A DNA stretch of 64,000 bases from Sminthopsis crassicaudata (GCF_048593235.1 NC_133619.1:40252454-40316453); one strand, 5' to 3'; shown: positions 12,300 through 26,788, numbered from the stretch's first letter. Translations and numbers: made by a program. Notes: generated by a model not told the origin, from the sequence alone.

Positions 12300-12650
12300 A
12301 TATATACTTGGAGAATTCACACAGTTGGTCAGAAAAAGCAATATAAGGACACCCTTCAAAATATTCTTAAAGACTTTAGAAATGATGGTATGAGACGGGA
12401 GACATGGCCACAGGACCACCCAGCATGGGTATGAGCAAAGCAGAATTGAATTATCTCAGAAGAAAACTTGAGGCACACAGAGAGCAGACACCCTAAATGT
12501 CTATAGGAACTCTTTGTGTCCAACTTGTGGCAGAGCATTCTGAGCTAATATTGGTCTGATCAGCCACAGCTGGACACACTGTAACTTGACAGTAACATAG
12601 GGATGTCATTTTGGTGCTCTTTGAGAACGGAGGACAACCACTAACCAGTC
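12300..12650 (+). mobile_element. RTE-clade LINE 3' end
   Basis: Translates to KQYKDTLQNILKDF...WPQDHPAW and CPTCGRAF*ANIGLISHSWTH, the C-terminal Cys/His motif of RTE ORFs. Confidence 0.8.
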
Positions 12651-15600
12651 ATTCTAAAATGGAAAAGTATACTAGGGAAACTGATAAAAAAAAAAAAATT
12701 AGTATCTAAGATGCTTGGAGAATTTTAGCACTGAAATCATCCAGGCCTTTCATGTCTCAGGATTACTGAGGATAGCTGGGCTAAGGATGTGCTATACCAG
12801 GAGAGCACGTCTGAACCACCATAGGTCTTGGCTCCTGGCTTCAAGCTCTTAGCACATGATCATAAAAATCCCTACATCCTGTAGATTGGACTCTGACCCC
12901 AGAACTACATTTTCTCAGTGGAAAAAAACTGTCTTCTGAGGAAACCACTTAGTTGCATGAGGTTTGACTTGCAAGGTTTGAGGAACTCGCCCATTTCTTC
13001 CTTAGCTACTTACTGAACTCTCTGTGTGAAAGCTTTGCTGACTTCTACAACTCATGGATTTCAGCCATTGAGGTAAAATCTTCGCAAAGGTGGCAGAAAT
13101 GTAGCTCTCTGGACCTTTTTTTCTTCTTTATTGTTTAAGGCCTTGATTAACATTCTGTTTGAATGCTTGTCAGACTAATCTACTGTTCTATTAAGTCACA
13201 AAGTCATTTGTGAAAGACTATCCATCTGAGATCAGCAAACTAGGGTGATGTTTTTAGGCTCCAATTATTCCTAATATGATTAAAATAAACATGGCTAGAA
13301 AAGAAGGAAAAATCCTAATTTGGATATCTGTGTAGAATGTGTGTGAACTATATGCAGAAGATGAAGAAACGAATATTTCTTTAGTTTTTCTGGCTATAAA
13401 ATCGTTGAACTGACTTGACTGATTTACAGAAAAAGTTCAGATAAATTCAACTTGAATTTGAGGTGGAATGAGGTGGAGTGAACTTCCTGGTATCTGTTCA
13501 TCAAATGAAAAGAGCCACCTTGTGTTGTTACTTATCTTTCTGCTGTACATATGAAATATACAAAAAATTAGAAGAAAAACCCATTTTTGGATAGTATTTC
13601 AGAGGCTACCATCTACTGAGTCAATCCTGACTAGGGAAGCACCCCTACTAAACCCCCCAAAGTGGAGATGTATTAAGCCTATCAGACTTAGATTAGAGTT
13701 GGTAGATCTAAAAAAATTACCCTTTGGAGTTAGAATGGAAATAAACAGTCCAGCACTTTGCCAAAGCCACAAACACCATTCTGGTATGCTAACATCTCTA
13801 AATATAATTAGGAGGCATGCCCAAAATAAACTACCAGATTAAGATCACTTTGGGGTAGCCTACAAGGCACCATCCTAATTCTCTGATTATCCTTTAGGGC
13901 TAAGTATCTAATGGAATGATTCCTCCTTCTGTATATGTGGTAGGCTCATGGCCAGGTTTGTTTAGTGGATAGGGATCCAAAGGAATTTAGTATTTTCTTA
14001 TACTTGACAGGAACAACCACAGAACAATTAGATTTTGTTTAGGAAAAGGCCCTACCCTTTTTCAATGTTATAGTGTAGGCTGTGACAAAGTTTGTACCTG
14101 CGTGCTGACAGTGAATTAAATTGAGAAGAGCTTACATTTAAAATAAAACCTTGATCAAGTGACAAAATCTTAATGGATGGGTATGTGTGTGTGTATGATC
14201 AAATGTGTACAAATCTGTGTAATTGACATTCCCTGTGAAATGAGGTTGAGTGGTTAAAGTGAAGGGGATGGGATAGTAGGGATGGTGTCTGCCCCTTGTT
14301 AGGGGGAAGGTTTGGGGCAGAAGGGGAGGGGACTGGCTTTCTCAGAAAAGCTCTAGAAGGTTATCCCAAGGAGGAAAGGCATTTTAGGGGGGTTCTCCTG
14401 AGTCCAGAAGGACAGCCTAGCCAAATGTCCAGGGATTCAGAACTAGGTTGTCTGTGAGGTGATTCTCTTTTCAGTTTTAGCAAGTCTCAAAAACTCAAAT
14501 TAAATTGTGGAAGGGTTATATATCTGACACTGGAAGGACTGCTCACCTTGAAGTATTACAGTAAGACTGAGGAATGAAGATTTTAAGACTAAGAGTATTA
14601 TTTTTCCTCCTTTTGATATCCCTCATCTAGGGTGCAGCGTAACAAATTTAATCATTTGCTGTGTCTAGAGAGAACTCACTGCTTCCCAATTGCATTTGGA
14701 AACAAAGGTGCTATACTGAGTGAAGTCTGCAGAAGAGAAATGAAGTGGATTCATAAATAATATCTGTTCTAAAGCAAACTCACAATGGCTAGGGATAGAT
14801 AATTTCCTATAAAGCCCAATACCACTTGTAGAACAATATCAAGATTCCATATTTTTTGGGAAAAATCACCTTGCTTAAGTGACCTTTGAAACAACTATGA
14901 TTTTCTAAAAATGCAAACAAGATGTTCTACATAAAATATTAGATCCTTGATTCATTTTTCATTTTGTACCTGAATTAGGAAATCTATTTTGTACCAACAT
15001 TTTGTGGCTCCCTCATGTTCTATAATTTAAAAAATTTTTCCAAAAACATCAACAGCCATTCCATTAGTTCTCTCTGTACTCCATTTTCTCAAATAGCTGC
15101 TACCCATGCTCTTATTCCCCAAAGATATACTATATAAGCTCCATTTCTCCACTTTTTTTTTTCTGTTCCTCTCTCCCTTTCTTTCTTCATGTTTTCTAGT
15201 ATCTTCTACAAGACAAGAGTCTCCCCTCCTTTTGGGAAGTATACAGTTAAGAGAAACCTGTGAAACAGTTTTTCCCTTAAACGTAGTGTGCAGGTAGATT
15301 TTGGAGCAAAGAAAAGGCAGAAGAAAAAGGCAAGTGAGAGAAGCAGGAAAGTTTCTAGTTTATCTTTCCTGATTTTAATTTCACCATTTTCTTCTTAAAC
15401 ACTGATCTTTATTGTAGATATTGTAGTGAGGTTGAAAATCCCTGGAATATGGAAACAGAATGAAGCTGAGTTGGGCATTGTTGTGTTTTCCCTAAAATAT
15501 TCCTGGGCAGAATTTAGAAAGGGCCTATGGCAGGAAGCTAGAAATGCTAGGACTGCTTGGGACTGGAGAGCCGGGACTGTCTCGTTTACATGACAGTGGG

Positions 15601-18600
15601 TCTTGCTTCTTGAGCTCTCTGTGGATCTGTGATTTCATCCATGAGGTTATTCCCTCCAGTGGTACAGATTGCAACCTGGCCATAGCTTCTTCTCTGGGGA
15701 AATTCTCCCTGGGGATCCCTTCCCTTGTGCTGGAGACCTTCTTCTCCTTCTCAGGACACTCCTGGGAAGGACACCTGGAGAGTTTCTCCCTCTCAGCTTG
15801 GCCACAAGCCATTCCCCCATCCTTTTTTGTTCTTGTGTGATTCTTGACTGAGAGGCTGCAGTTTCCTTCTCCAGCTCATTTACAGATGAGGAAATGGAGG
15901 CAAACAGGGTGAAGGTCCTTGCCCAGGATCAGCCAGCTGGGAAATCCGAGAGCAGACTGGAAGTGGACCCCAGCCTCAGCACCATATACCACCCAGCTGA
16001 GTAGTTAGATGTGCACATGTGTGCACTAGTGGGCCGAGTGGCCCCACAAGCTGCATCTGCCCACTCATTGTTGACAGTAGCTGCAGCCTCTTGGAAGGGC
16101 CTTGTGGACACTCCCTAACGAGCTGCTTTCTTCAATGACAGTGGCACTCGTCCATTTGGACTTCTCCGTCTCTGATGGGCCGCCCAAAGCAGTAGGAATG
16201 GCCAAAAGGAAGCCGGGGAGCCAAGCGAGCGAACCCAGAGGGAGGAGCCCGTGCTGGAGGTGACACCATGTTCAGGCTGTGGAGGGATTTGTTGCCAAGA
16301 TCACCCAGGAGGAACTTCCCGGGCTCTGGGAAGCGGCCCAGCCGGGATTGTGCAGCCCGTCAGCCGCTCTGACCGTATGTTTCTGGTACTCTCCTCCCTG
16401 GCTCTTGGGTGCTGCTGGGTGTGCCGTGCGTCCCCCACTGTCTGTGGGGCAATCCTTTGTGTCAGTGCTCATAGAGGATGTGGGAATAAAGCTCGGGGAT
16501 TCTATGACCAGACTGCAGTCGATGCCCCTTGTGGAACTGGGCTTTATAGGAAGAAAGGAATGTGAGTCAGCACATGGTGAGAACATCCTTTATGTGTCTT
16601 GGAGTTCTCTGAAAGCCACTTTTTCCATTAAGGATGAACTTCGGAGCTTACTGACACACACCTCCATCAGCCTTAGGATCACATCAGGATTGCATTAACT
16701 AGCGTCTACATAACATCACCGCGAGAATGTAGATTTTAATGGGGGGAGAGGGGGATTGGAGCATTGTTAGCTGGACTCCTAACAGCTAAATTGCTGTAGA
16801 ATTTCCCTAGTCAGTCCCGAACCCAGATCACCTTCCTTCTATAAGGCAGCCAACTGTGTCCGGATTCTTGCTGGGTGCCCTAATCCTGGCAATAGAAAAG
16901 CTTCAGCCACTTGTTCCTTCCACTCCCAACCCCCCAATTTCTAGGCTGATGGCTCCAGGGGTCATGAATTTTGGAGGTTCGGCACCTCTACCGACAGAAG
17001 CCACAGGGTGGATGTAAGTCAGGGCCCTTTTTGTTTTGTTTGCTTCCTTTCTGGAGAACCCACCGTTAGTGAGGAATCTTCACCCTGGAATCCTCCAGTG
17101 GCCCAACGTAGCCTGCGTTTGGGATGAGCTGTGTACCAAATGAAAAGGCTCTCCCAAGACCACGAGCTGAACAGAACAGCTGTGTCGAGGGGCTGAGAAT
17201 GATGGAAGGGGAAGCGAGGAGCGGAGGGCAGGAAACACAAGGTCACGACTTCAAATGGAAATTGTCTTTCCCCTCACACTCACTGATAGAGCCTTCCTGA
17301 ACTCTGTCCCTCTAGTTCTAGTGCCTGTTGGTCAGTCATAGGCCCACTGTTTATGGTGTGCCCGCAAGGGAATTGAGTTTGAATAGAGGAAAGAGCATGT
17401 ATGTCCAAGGCAGAGAGGATGCTAATAGGAGCATCACTGAGGAAGTCTCCTAGCAGCGAGGGCTGGGAACCAGACAAGGCCTCCTGCATGACTGGAACTG
17501 AGTTTGGAGGGGAGCCAGGGACTGGGAGAAGTGAAGGTGAGGAGGAAGAGCTCTCCAGGCTGAGACACTGGGAGCTTGTATAGAGTAAATAGCAGCAATA
17601 AAAATTTCCTTGTGTACATCACATCCTGGAAGGGAGGGTGGCTTTTATGCATTGTTATTTGCCTTTAGGCCCAAAGTTGTGTGAGCCAGCGAACACTTAA
17701 TACTTTTTTGTAACAGGGGAGTAGTTGGGTTATAGAAGGAAAGGTAACCTAATATGCAGGCTAAAGAAAATGGGTGTAAACTAAATTGGGTTATCCTTTA
17801 ATTCAGCAAACATTCTTCTAAAAAAAATAGAATTCCCTCCTGTTTGTCAGAAGATTATTCGATACTGCTGTAGTATGGAGGAACTTTGTAGACTCCCCTT
17901 TCCCAGAAATTAAAAAAAAAAAAAAAATAGAACAGGCTAGAATGCTAAAGTGTTCTCGATTTTCTTCCAGGGACATATCATCGCTCTATGCTCCCCTGAC
18001 ACTTTCATCATAAAAAAATAAACCGTTAGACCAAATAGAGGCAAAAGAGACAGTTGGTAACTCTTAGGTAAAAAGGTCTGAATTAGGATGGTGGCAATGT
18101 GAGCAGGGAAAAAAGGATGTTGCAGACATTATGGAGATGGAGTCTACCTCATTGGAGGTGGGGATGAAGATGAAGGAGAGGAAAGATGCTGATGACGGGG
18201 AGGATTTAAGTGTCATCTTTTCCATTCAGGAATTATTCAGTGTCAGCTGCATGCAGAGCACGGTACTGGGCATTGGACAAAAATGACAATCCTGCACCAA
18301 GAACTTACTTATTACTGGGAGGGGGAATCCATGTGGACATGATTAGGAGGAGAAAAAAGTGTTCTCAGGAAACTAGGGATGAGAGAAAGAATACCTTCGG
18401 AGATAAAATCAGGGGAGGAGTCATCAGGATGTGCTAATGATATGCTGAGGAATCTGCTGAATAGGGAGTTGCTGAAGGTTTTAAGCAGAAGTGACTCGGA
18501 CAGACATGTTGTAAGCAAATTATTTGTACATTGTAGGAAGAATGAATTGAGAAACCGGTTAGACTGTCATTAGACTGTTGTAACAGAAATAAGGGAAACT

Positions 18601-19879
18601 GGGAAGAGGAACAGGTTTTCAGAGAAAGCAGATTTCAATCTTTGTTTTGAACACAGAGTTTTACAGTGCCATTGGCAGAGATATAACTAGAATTTTTCCT
18701 ACCTAAATTAGGAAGAGGAAGAAAAGGCATCTTCAGAGGGATAGGAACAGCAAGGAGAACCAGACAATCATTCAAGAGAAGTGGGAGGGGAGAAGAGCTC
18801 ATCCCTGTGGAACTTCTATTAGCTTCCTGTTTTAATTCATTGTCGTTGTCAGCTAGTGCTAAATAAGAGTAAAAGTGACTGGGTCTAGGGGTACTGTGAT
18901 CCCTCCCTTCCACTAGCTCCATCCCTTTCCCACAAGCAGGTATGATCCTGGGGTACCCGCTTTCCCCGATGCTAACAATAGGTAAGGCTTTGGCCCTCGG
19001 CAGAGCCCAGTTGCCGTGTCCTAGCTATAGCACTGGCCATTAGGATACCCAGATGGAAATCTTTGTTTAGCAAGGCAGTTAGAACTGAGATCAGGGAAGG
19101 ATAAATAGATCGGAGAGTCATTTATATAGAAGGGATAACTATTGCCATGGGTATGGATCAGATTACATTAAGTAGAAGAAAAGCAGAAAATATCATAAAT
19201 CATAGATCTGTTCACTCACTAATTGCCAATAACACAAAACAAAAGCTTTCAAAAGCTTTTAAAAACTGGCCCAAACACCAAGATCTTGAGAAGCGCTTTC
19301 CATCTGTATTCTCTTGCCAAATATTCCAATCAATATTCTCTTCGAAGCCCTTCAGCCGAAAATACACAAAGACTTCTACAGCCAGCTTTTCTTGACAAGG
19401 TTTTCTCTTGCCTAACAATACCATGACCTGTTTCCTCAGTAGCTAACTCATTCCCTGCTAGCTGGGTTTGCAGCACTGGGTCTAGTGAAGTGACTTGTAA
19501 AAGTCACTGTAGGTGCAGAGTTGGGATTCCAACCCAGATGCACTGTCCCCAAAACCACCTAATGCCTCTCTCTGGATGATGCCCCTACCTCCGGCCTTCT
19601 TAGGCAGCGTTTTTCGTGTCCCCTTTCTTTCCTTCCACCTCCCATTTGGTGACATCATCTGCACTCTTAAGGTCAAGTGTCTTCTCTCAGCTGATCATTT
19701 CCAAATCTATGCATCCAGCACAAATCAATCCCCTGCTTTTTGTTCCTGAATATCAACTGCTTGTTGGATTTCCCCTGCCCTCTTGTCAAGTAATAATTGT
19801 AAATCACTTAGCGCAATGCCTGGTATATAATACAAAAGCTTCTTCCTTCCCACCCCTTGCCTCTCCTTTCTAGAGGACA

Positions 19880-21362
19880 CAAACTCCACAGGTCCACAAT
19901 GAATTCATTATCATCTTCCAAACTTCCTCCTTTCTGTTAAGGGGACCATCACCTTTTCAATCACTTGGGTAACTCTAACCTTCTCCTCACCCCCCTCATC
20001 CAGTCAGTTGCCAAGTTCTGTTAATTCATCATCCACACAATCTCCCATAACTCCCCTTTTTTTATTCTCATCAAGCCCTCATTCACCCTCATTCAAAGCC
20101 CTCCTTGGTACTTGTCTGGACTACTTATTGTGGCTTCCTAATTGTTGTGCTCAATCTCTGACATACCTGGTGACAGTTTAAGGAGCTTCCCTATGAATGA
20201 GGGTGAAAAAGAGTGGAAAAAACAACTTTTTGCAGGAAATGTTTTGAGACCCTTGCATTTGAATCACCATGGCAAAGATTGGGGAGAGAAAATAACCTAG
20301 AATTTACTTTGTTACCTTAAGAGTTCACAAATCAAGTTCTGTTCTGATAACTCTGAGAGGGAGGGGGAACAGGGACTGTTTCCATTTTTGTAACTGGAAA
20401 TCTTGGTTCTGAACCGTGACTTGATCTCTCCTAAAAATCTCTCAGCTTATTATCAGACAGGTCTTCAGCCTGGATAACATGTTGAATTTTTTTTTTTAAA
20501 GTGATAAATTGCTTTTAGAAACAAATTATAATTTGGATGATTGATCTTAATGTGACTCTTGACTGTTCAATAAGATATCAAGGAATTTAGCTGAAAGTGT
20601 CACCATCCTCAGCAATGCCATATGTAACTGGCAGGTAACCCAGTCTCCTTTTTGTTTCAGAGTAGACAAAAGAAAGAAAACTGAGACCGAAGGTTAGATT
20701 ACCTTCCAGAGAAAATCGGTGATTTTTTTTTTTCTTAGAATGTTCTGCTGAAGGCCACCCTGTCCTTCCAGGATCGAAGGTTCCTAAGTTGGGCATTATT
20801 CTCAGCCACGTGCCAGTCAGTAGCCAGAGCTTGCATTTCATCATGATCATATGCTTCCAACCCCTCTCTCCAGTTATATAGCCACTGCCTTACTTCAGAC
20901 CCTCATTGCCTCATCTATTTTTTGCCACAGTTTCCCAACTGCTCTCCCCACCTCAAGACATCCTAAAAACTGTTGCTAAAGTCATTTTTTTAAGTGGAGA
21001 TCTGACTATATGCTTTTGCTTCTTAGTTAACTCCCGGGGCTTCCGATTGCTTCCAGGATCAAAACAATAAACTTGTCTCTCATGGGACATTACTTTTCCT
21101 CCCAGAGTTTATAGCCCAACCCAACTAATTTCCTGTTTTTGACATTCAATAATCTTATTTTCTGTCTTCATACCTTTCTGTTGCCTTTCTTTTGTGCTTG
21201 CAATGCCTGTCCTCTTCACACTATCTTATAGAGTCCCTATATTTAGGGACTTTCTTCATAAATCATTTAATTTCAATATCTTCTCCCATTTCTACTATTG
21301 CTGGGGTGATACCTCCTAGACAACATTGAATTTAACTGCTTCATATATATTTATATTTAGTA

Positions 21363-21395
<33 letters not shown>

Positions 21396-21480
21396 TTAGT
21401 ATTTACACTGTTTTTATATATGTACTTGTCTCCCCTATTAGAATGTAAGATCCCAGTGAATAGGAATTGTTTCCTTGCAT
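19880..21480 (+). mobile_element. Old L2 fragments (patchy)
   Basis: L2-like pyrimidine-rich segments and a 3' end motif (GTCTCCCCTATTAGAATGTAAGATCCC), interrupted by unique sequence and (TA)n. Confidence 0.5.
21361..21396. repeat. (TA)n microsatellite
   Basis: Direct reading of the sequence. Confidence 0.95.
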
Positions 21481-22263
21481 GGTGCATCAAATAATCAAAT
21501 CTAGTAGCCACTTCATTTGTTGAGTGGTTGACATAAAAATAAATTTAAAAGTATCTTAGATGTAATGTATCTAGCAATTAAGAAGTAAATGCATAAATTT
21601 TAGTAAAATTCTTTTCTGGAATTATTTGTAAGGGCAGATTTTATTTAAAAAAAAAAAAAAAAAAAAGCTGCAACATGAGAGATGATGGAACACATAGAGT
21701 AGGTCCAGGCTCATGTAGGGTCCACTATTCCATCTAGCAAGCCAAATTTTTTTGCCACATTTTAGCCTGCTGCCCAATTCAATTCTCTAGGCATTGATTA
21801 TTTAAACACTTAAATGGCAAACTACTCCAGTATCCTTGCCAGGAAAAGCCCAAATGGGGTTGAGAACAGTTGGTAAGATAACTGAAACCACCACCGAGAC
21901 AATGATGCACTAGAACACTGAGGTGGAAAAATAATGGTGGGGGCCCTGCCCCTGAACTCAGATGCTGACTAAAAGAAAAGCGGGTAGGGTAGCAGGAAGG
22001 AAGATTGCTGCAAGTCACCATGATGCCCTTAGTTTCACAAGAATCTAGACAGCTTGAAAGGAGCTGAATAGAAAGTGGAAGTTTTTAACTGGCATTAGTG
22101 GACTAACTTTTCTATCAGTGTTTTAGGTTAACTAGAATCTACAAGATATTAAGCAAATATGCTACACATTTTTAAAAATGTGCATATTTTCTCCTCTAGG
22201 AACTTAATACTAAACATAGAATTTTGCCTCCCCCACTTTTTTTTGTATCCCCAGCTCTTAGCC

Positions 22264-22322
22264 TAACACAAACCAAAAAAAAAAAAAAAAAAAAAAATAA
22301 CACACACACACACACACACACA
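22264..22322. repeat. Poly-A run plus (CA)n microsatellite; a 34-nt poly-T run follows at 22526-22559
   Basis: Direct reading of the sequence. Confidence 0.9.
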
Positions 22323-22523
22323 TCCTTGTTGTTTGATAAAGTAGCATTCCCATGTTAAAAGGGTGGAAAAAACAACTTCTTTTTACAGGAAATGTTTTGA
22401 GAATCTTGGATCTGAATCATCACGGGAAAGACTGGGGAGAGAATATAGTCTAGAATTTAAAGCCAGAAAGAACTTTGAAATATAGCCAGGTTCTCCCCAC
22501 CACCACCAAAAAACAAAAAACAC

Positions 22524-22564
<41 letters not shown>

Positions 22565-24230
22565 GGCATCTACTCTATTTTCCTCACTCCTCTTCTACCC
22601 CCATTTCCTGAATCTCTTAGATGATTCCCTTGGACAGCTCCAGTTCTCAATCAGTTATTGTTAATATTTTCTACACGTGGCTGGACATTGACAGAAATAT
22701 TTTGATGGAGTCAGGAAATGTTTTTCAAAGGTTAGTTTACAGTACTTCATAGGGAAAAATAAAAATAAATTTTAAAGTGTAGTTGACAATAAACTGTTTG
22801 TTTTTTTTCTTCTTTTAAGTAGGGTCAAATATACAAAGTCAAGTTAGTCATATTCATTAAATCCTAGAATGTTATAGCTGGAAGAGGACTCAGAAATCAT
22901 GGAATTAATCCCCTCTCATTTTGCAATGAAGAATTCCATTTAAAGTACATTAAATATCTACTATGAACTAGGAAAGGAGGAAAGCCCTAGAGGGATTAAG
23001 TGATTTAACAGCTTTGGAACTTTCCAGTGGCCATTGTTTTTCCCCTTTCTCTCCCCAATCTATGTCCCATTGTTTATTTTTTCAAAAGGTTTTGAAATCC
23101 CATGCTTTTGTTCTCTTTCAGTTACAGTAGAAAATAAGCTGAGGATCCCCCTTCTCTACCCACCCCCTTTCCCCTTCCCCACCCAGTTGACTTAGCCAAA
23201 CCACCAGGAAAGGGTCATACAATTACATTTTGGCCCAAATGGAGACTAAAACTCTTTACTCTCTGAGTTTCCAGTTTGTTGATGAGTCACTGGACCATAT
23301 TGTAGTTACACAAAAGGAAACCTGTAACAGCAGTTTGCTGTGGCAGTTAGTTGCTGAGCACTATATTCCAGGTTATGAAGCTTTGTGTTTTTAACACCCA
23401 GCATTTTCTGCCTCTGACAAAAATATTTCTGCCCTCTCATTGTACTTACCACCTACTTTTGTAGGTGGAAGTCTTTTTTAAAAATGCACATCAACTCTGA
23501 ATATGAAAACTGACTTGGACTTCTTCAGACCATTGTCAGTATTTTTTCCCTTTAGTTGCTGAATGAATATTTATTAATCATCAACTCTGTATAAAATACA
23601 AAGAAAAAATTAAGTTCTGTCCTTAGCTTGTGGGATTCTAAGACAACCCATGGGAAAGGGTTCACTTACAAGACAGAAAAGACCCAATGATCTGTTGAGG
23701 TGCAAAGCCAATAGGAATAGTTGTGTTTCTCAAGAAGGACATTTCCATTGACAAATCCATATCTGAATATGGCAGTGCTAAGAATCATCAGGCCTTCCAG
23801 AAGTAAGACCCCCACACAAGACACCGACTTTTGTCTTTCGAGCAGAGAGATTCCAAAACTCTTCTGATAATTTTCTTGTTGGAGCTAAATTTAGTATCTC
23901 CCTTATCCACCCATCCCCATTTCTGGACTCTTAAAGGAAAGGCCAAACTTTTCAAAAAAATTTTCCCATCAAAAATCTTGTAACAATTCAAATAAACAAT
24001 TCAAGGTGGTGCAGCCTCCGACAGAGGGAGTTTTCTGTCTAAAGCTTCCCCAAACTTTTAAGACCCCCACTTCTTAGGTGAGGAGAGTGTGATCTCACAC
24101 AGACACACAGACGTACACACACACACAAAATTGCTTTAAAAAAATTGGCTTCTCTCAGCTTGTTATCCTGACTCGGGACTTCTGGATAGCCAGAGAGCTA
24201 TTAAACAACTTCAAAAACATTCTGAGTCAG

Positions 24231-24591
24231 TCTATCCAGGATGAGAAACTGAGGCAAGATAGAGATAAGAGAGTTTTAATATTACATTTATTGGAGAACT
24301 TAATTGATGATTGGACAGGACTCTTGTCTCCCAGCAGAAACTTCCAGGTTTTTTTTATAGGACTCCAGTGAGGAGAGAAACAAAGGTAGAAGGCAAAGAG
24401 CAGGAATTTTCAGGGATGGACCAAAAATTTGGTTCTAGCAGGTTGGGGGTGAAAACGATAAATTCTTACTAGCTGGAAGGCCTCTTTAATTCTTTTTATA
24501 TTTACTTGGGTGCAGGTGTTACATCTGTGAATATAACTTCTGATCAGTTGGCTAACATCCTTTATGTAATATCTGCTCTATAACTGATGCA
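24231..24591 (-). repeat. 3' LTR (inner boundary uncertain)
   Basis: On the - strand: TATA (CTATAAAAAA, 24351-24360), AATAAA (24287-24292) and a U5-like end. A purine run AAAAGAAAA precedes TG at 24591. Confidence 0.7.
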
Positions 24592-24799
24592 TTTTCTTTT
24601 CACCTAAATGAGTGAAATCATGCAAGTCCTTCACCTGCATTCTGCTTAATGCTTGTGGAATAAAAAAATGTGTCCTCTATGTACCACCAAGGTCCCTCCC
24701 TCTCCTCCCTTCCGAGAAGCGAAAAAATCTTCTGAAAAAGAGTATGCAGGTACAGGAGGAAGAGGGGGACCTGCCAGAGACAGGGAAGACGTAGGGGAG

Positions 24800-25295
24800 G
24801 TGGTGGCTAGCCGCAGCCCAATTTCCCACTGCTTCCTTTGGTGACCTGGACAGTGGATAATAGCAACAGAGAGGGGTAACCAGAGGGAGTCTAGTAAGGA
24901 GCCTTATTCTTAATTTCCCTCCCAGTGGAGGCCAGCAGGTCCTTTTCTTTATAAAGAGGCATGGACATGAGCTGTTGTGAAAGTATAAGGGCTGTCAGTG
25001 AAAATGTTTGCCGATTTTCCTTCTGCTCTGCACAGGGCGTGAGTTCGGCCTTCTGGGCAGAAGAGCCGGAGGGGAGGGAAGAAGACCACAGAGTAGAGAG
25101 GGAGGGATTGCTCACCACTGCTGCCCCAGAAACATGGGTGTCCCCTACAACAAAACTGCTCCTGTCCGTAAAAAGGATCAGGTCACGGTTTTTCAGTGGG
25201 ATGCCAGAAAGGTCAGGCCTTGCTGAGTGGGACTCCTCAAGGAGCTGGAAGCAGTCATGTATGGGGATCAGGTCAGAACCAGGATCTGGGAGCAA
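24800..25295 (-). pseudogene. ERV RNase H domain, frameshifted
   Basis: LILFTDRSSFV...SGAAVV...LPSGSSAQKAEL; YKEKDLLASTGREIKNK; LLDSLWLPLSVAIIHCPGHQ. Confidence 0.88.
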
Positions 25296-26230
25296 GGTGG
25301 CAGGATTCAGGGCATATTATTTGGAGAAAGTGAGGCGGGGATGGTCGAGAAGCAGGGCCTGATAGTAGGTAATGTGAACATTAGAGAGCCACCGATCAGG
25401 GGCAGACCCGAACAGAGCCTCAAAAGAGTGAGGGGTGGAGATAGAGAGAGACTGGCCCAAGGAAACCATGTCAGCCTCCTTCACTGGAGGGTGGTCGCAG
25501 CCATAGCCCTAAGACAGGGGGGCTGCCCAGCTGCCACCAAATCTAAGCGTTTAGAGAGATAAGAAACAGGCCGCCGCCAGGGGCCAAGCATTTGAGTCAG
25601 AATGCCCTTTGCAATACCTCTAGTTTCTCCCACAAAAAGATGGAAGGGCTTTGAGACCTTGGGAAGAGTTAGGGCAGAGTCTTGGTAAGGGCAGTCCTGA
25701 GATGATCAAAGGCAGCATAGGCAGGGGAGCCCCAGACAAGGGGACCCTGTCCGGCTGTGGCGGAATGAATGGGTTTTGCTCTCTCAGAAAAAGAGGGAAT
25801 CCACAATCTACAGTATCCAACCATCCCCAAGAATTCCTGAACCTGCTTTTTAGTAGTGGGGACCAGAATAGATAAGAGAGCCTGCCTGGATACGTTTGGA
25901 AGACAGGGAGAGATGGCCAGACCTGAGAATATAGCTCAGATGAGAGATCTCGAGAAGGCAGAGCTGAGCCTTCTTAGCAGAGACCCTGTAACCTAAGGAT
26001 TGAAGGAATTGCAAAAGTGCACGAGCTGCCTGGGGGGGGACTCATCAGGGGCTGCAAGGAGAAGATCATCTACATACTGGACCAGAGAGCAATAATAATG
26101 TTCCCTGAGGAAGGGTTGGAGGTCCAGATGGAGAGCTTTTCCAAACAAGTGAAGCCCTGTGGCAGCTAGTCCAAGTGAGCTCCCCTGAGAATTCCCCTTG
26201 GGGAGCTATCCATTGGAAAGCAAAGAGAGG

Positions 26231-26701
26231 TTAACTGGCTGGCACAAGGGGTATTAAAAAGAAAGCATCTTTTAGGTCCAGCACAGTATATACAGTATGA
26301 GTAGGAGGCAGCAAGCTGAGTAAAGTATACAGATTTGGAACCATATGATGGATAATTTCAACCCTTTTGTTAATTTCCTGAAGATCCTGAAAAGGACAGA
26401 AGTCCGCAGACCCAGGCTTCCTGACTGGAAGCAAAGGGGTGTTCCAAGGGGACTTGGAGAATACTAAGATACCAGCATTTCTCAGTGGGTTAATGTGAAC
26501 AGAAATACCCAGGAGGGCTTCCCTTGGTATGGGGTACTGCCTGACAGATACAGGAGAGGCAGTGGCCAGAAACTGCACAACCACTGGTGCATGATGAGCA
26601 GCCAGGCCTGGGGAGGTTATTCTCTGCCCACACCTGAGATTTGCTTGGAGCTGAGAGAGAAGAGGGGAGGGAGCAGGAGCGGGTGACGCAGGGGAAGCCA
26701 C
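26231..26701 (-). pseudogene. ERV reverse transcriptase, N-terminal part
   Basis: [54 protein letters not shown]: a gammaretroviral RT signature. A stop follows and decayed RT continues toward about 25500. Confidence 0.93.
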
Positions 26702-26788
26702 TGAGGTATGTTCAAACTGGAGGGGCAGGGTGAGAAGAAGATGCTTTACATCAGAAGGATTTAGGGTCAGAGAAGCCTAGTCTCCACA

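Noticed and set aside
16251-16698. 139-aa and 104-aa ORFs as a possible retrocopy or new gene
   Set aside because: No recognisable protein family, poly(A) tail or TSD; the block is treated as possibly regulatory instead.
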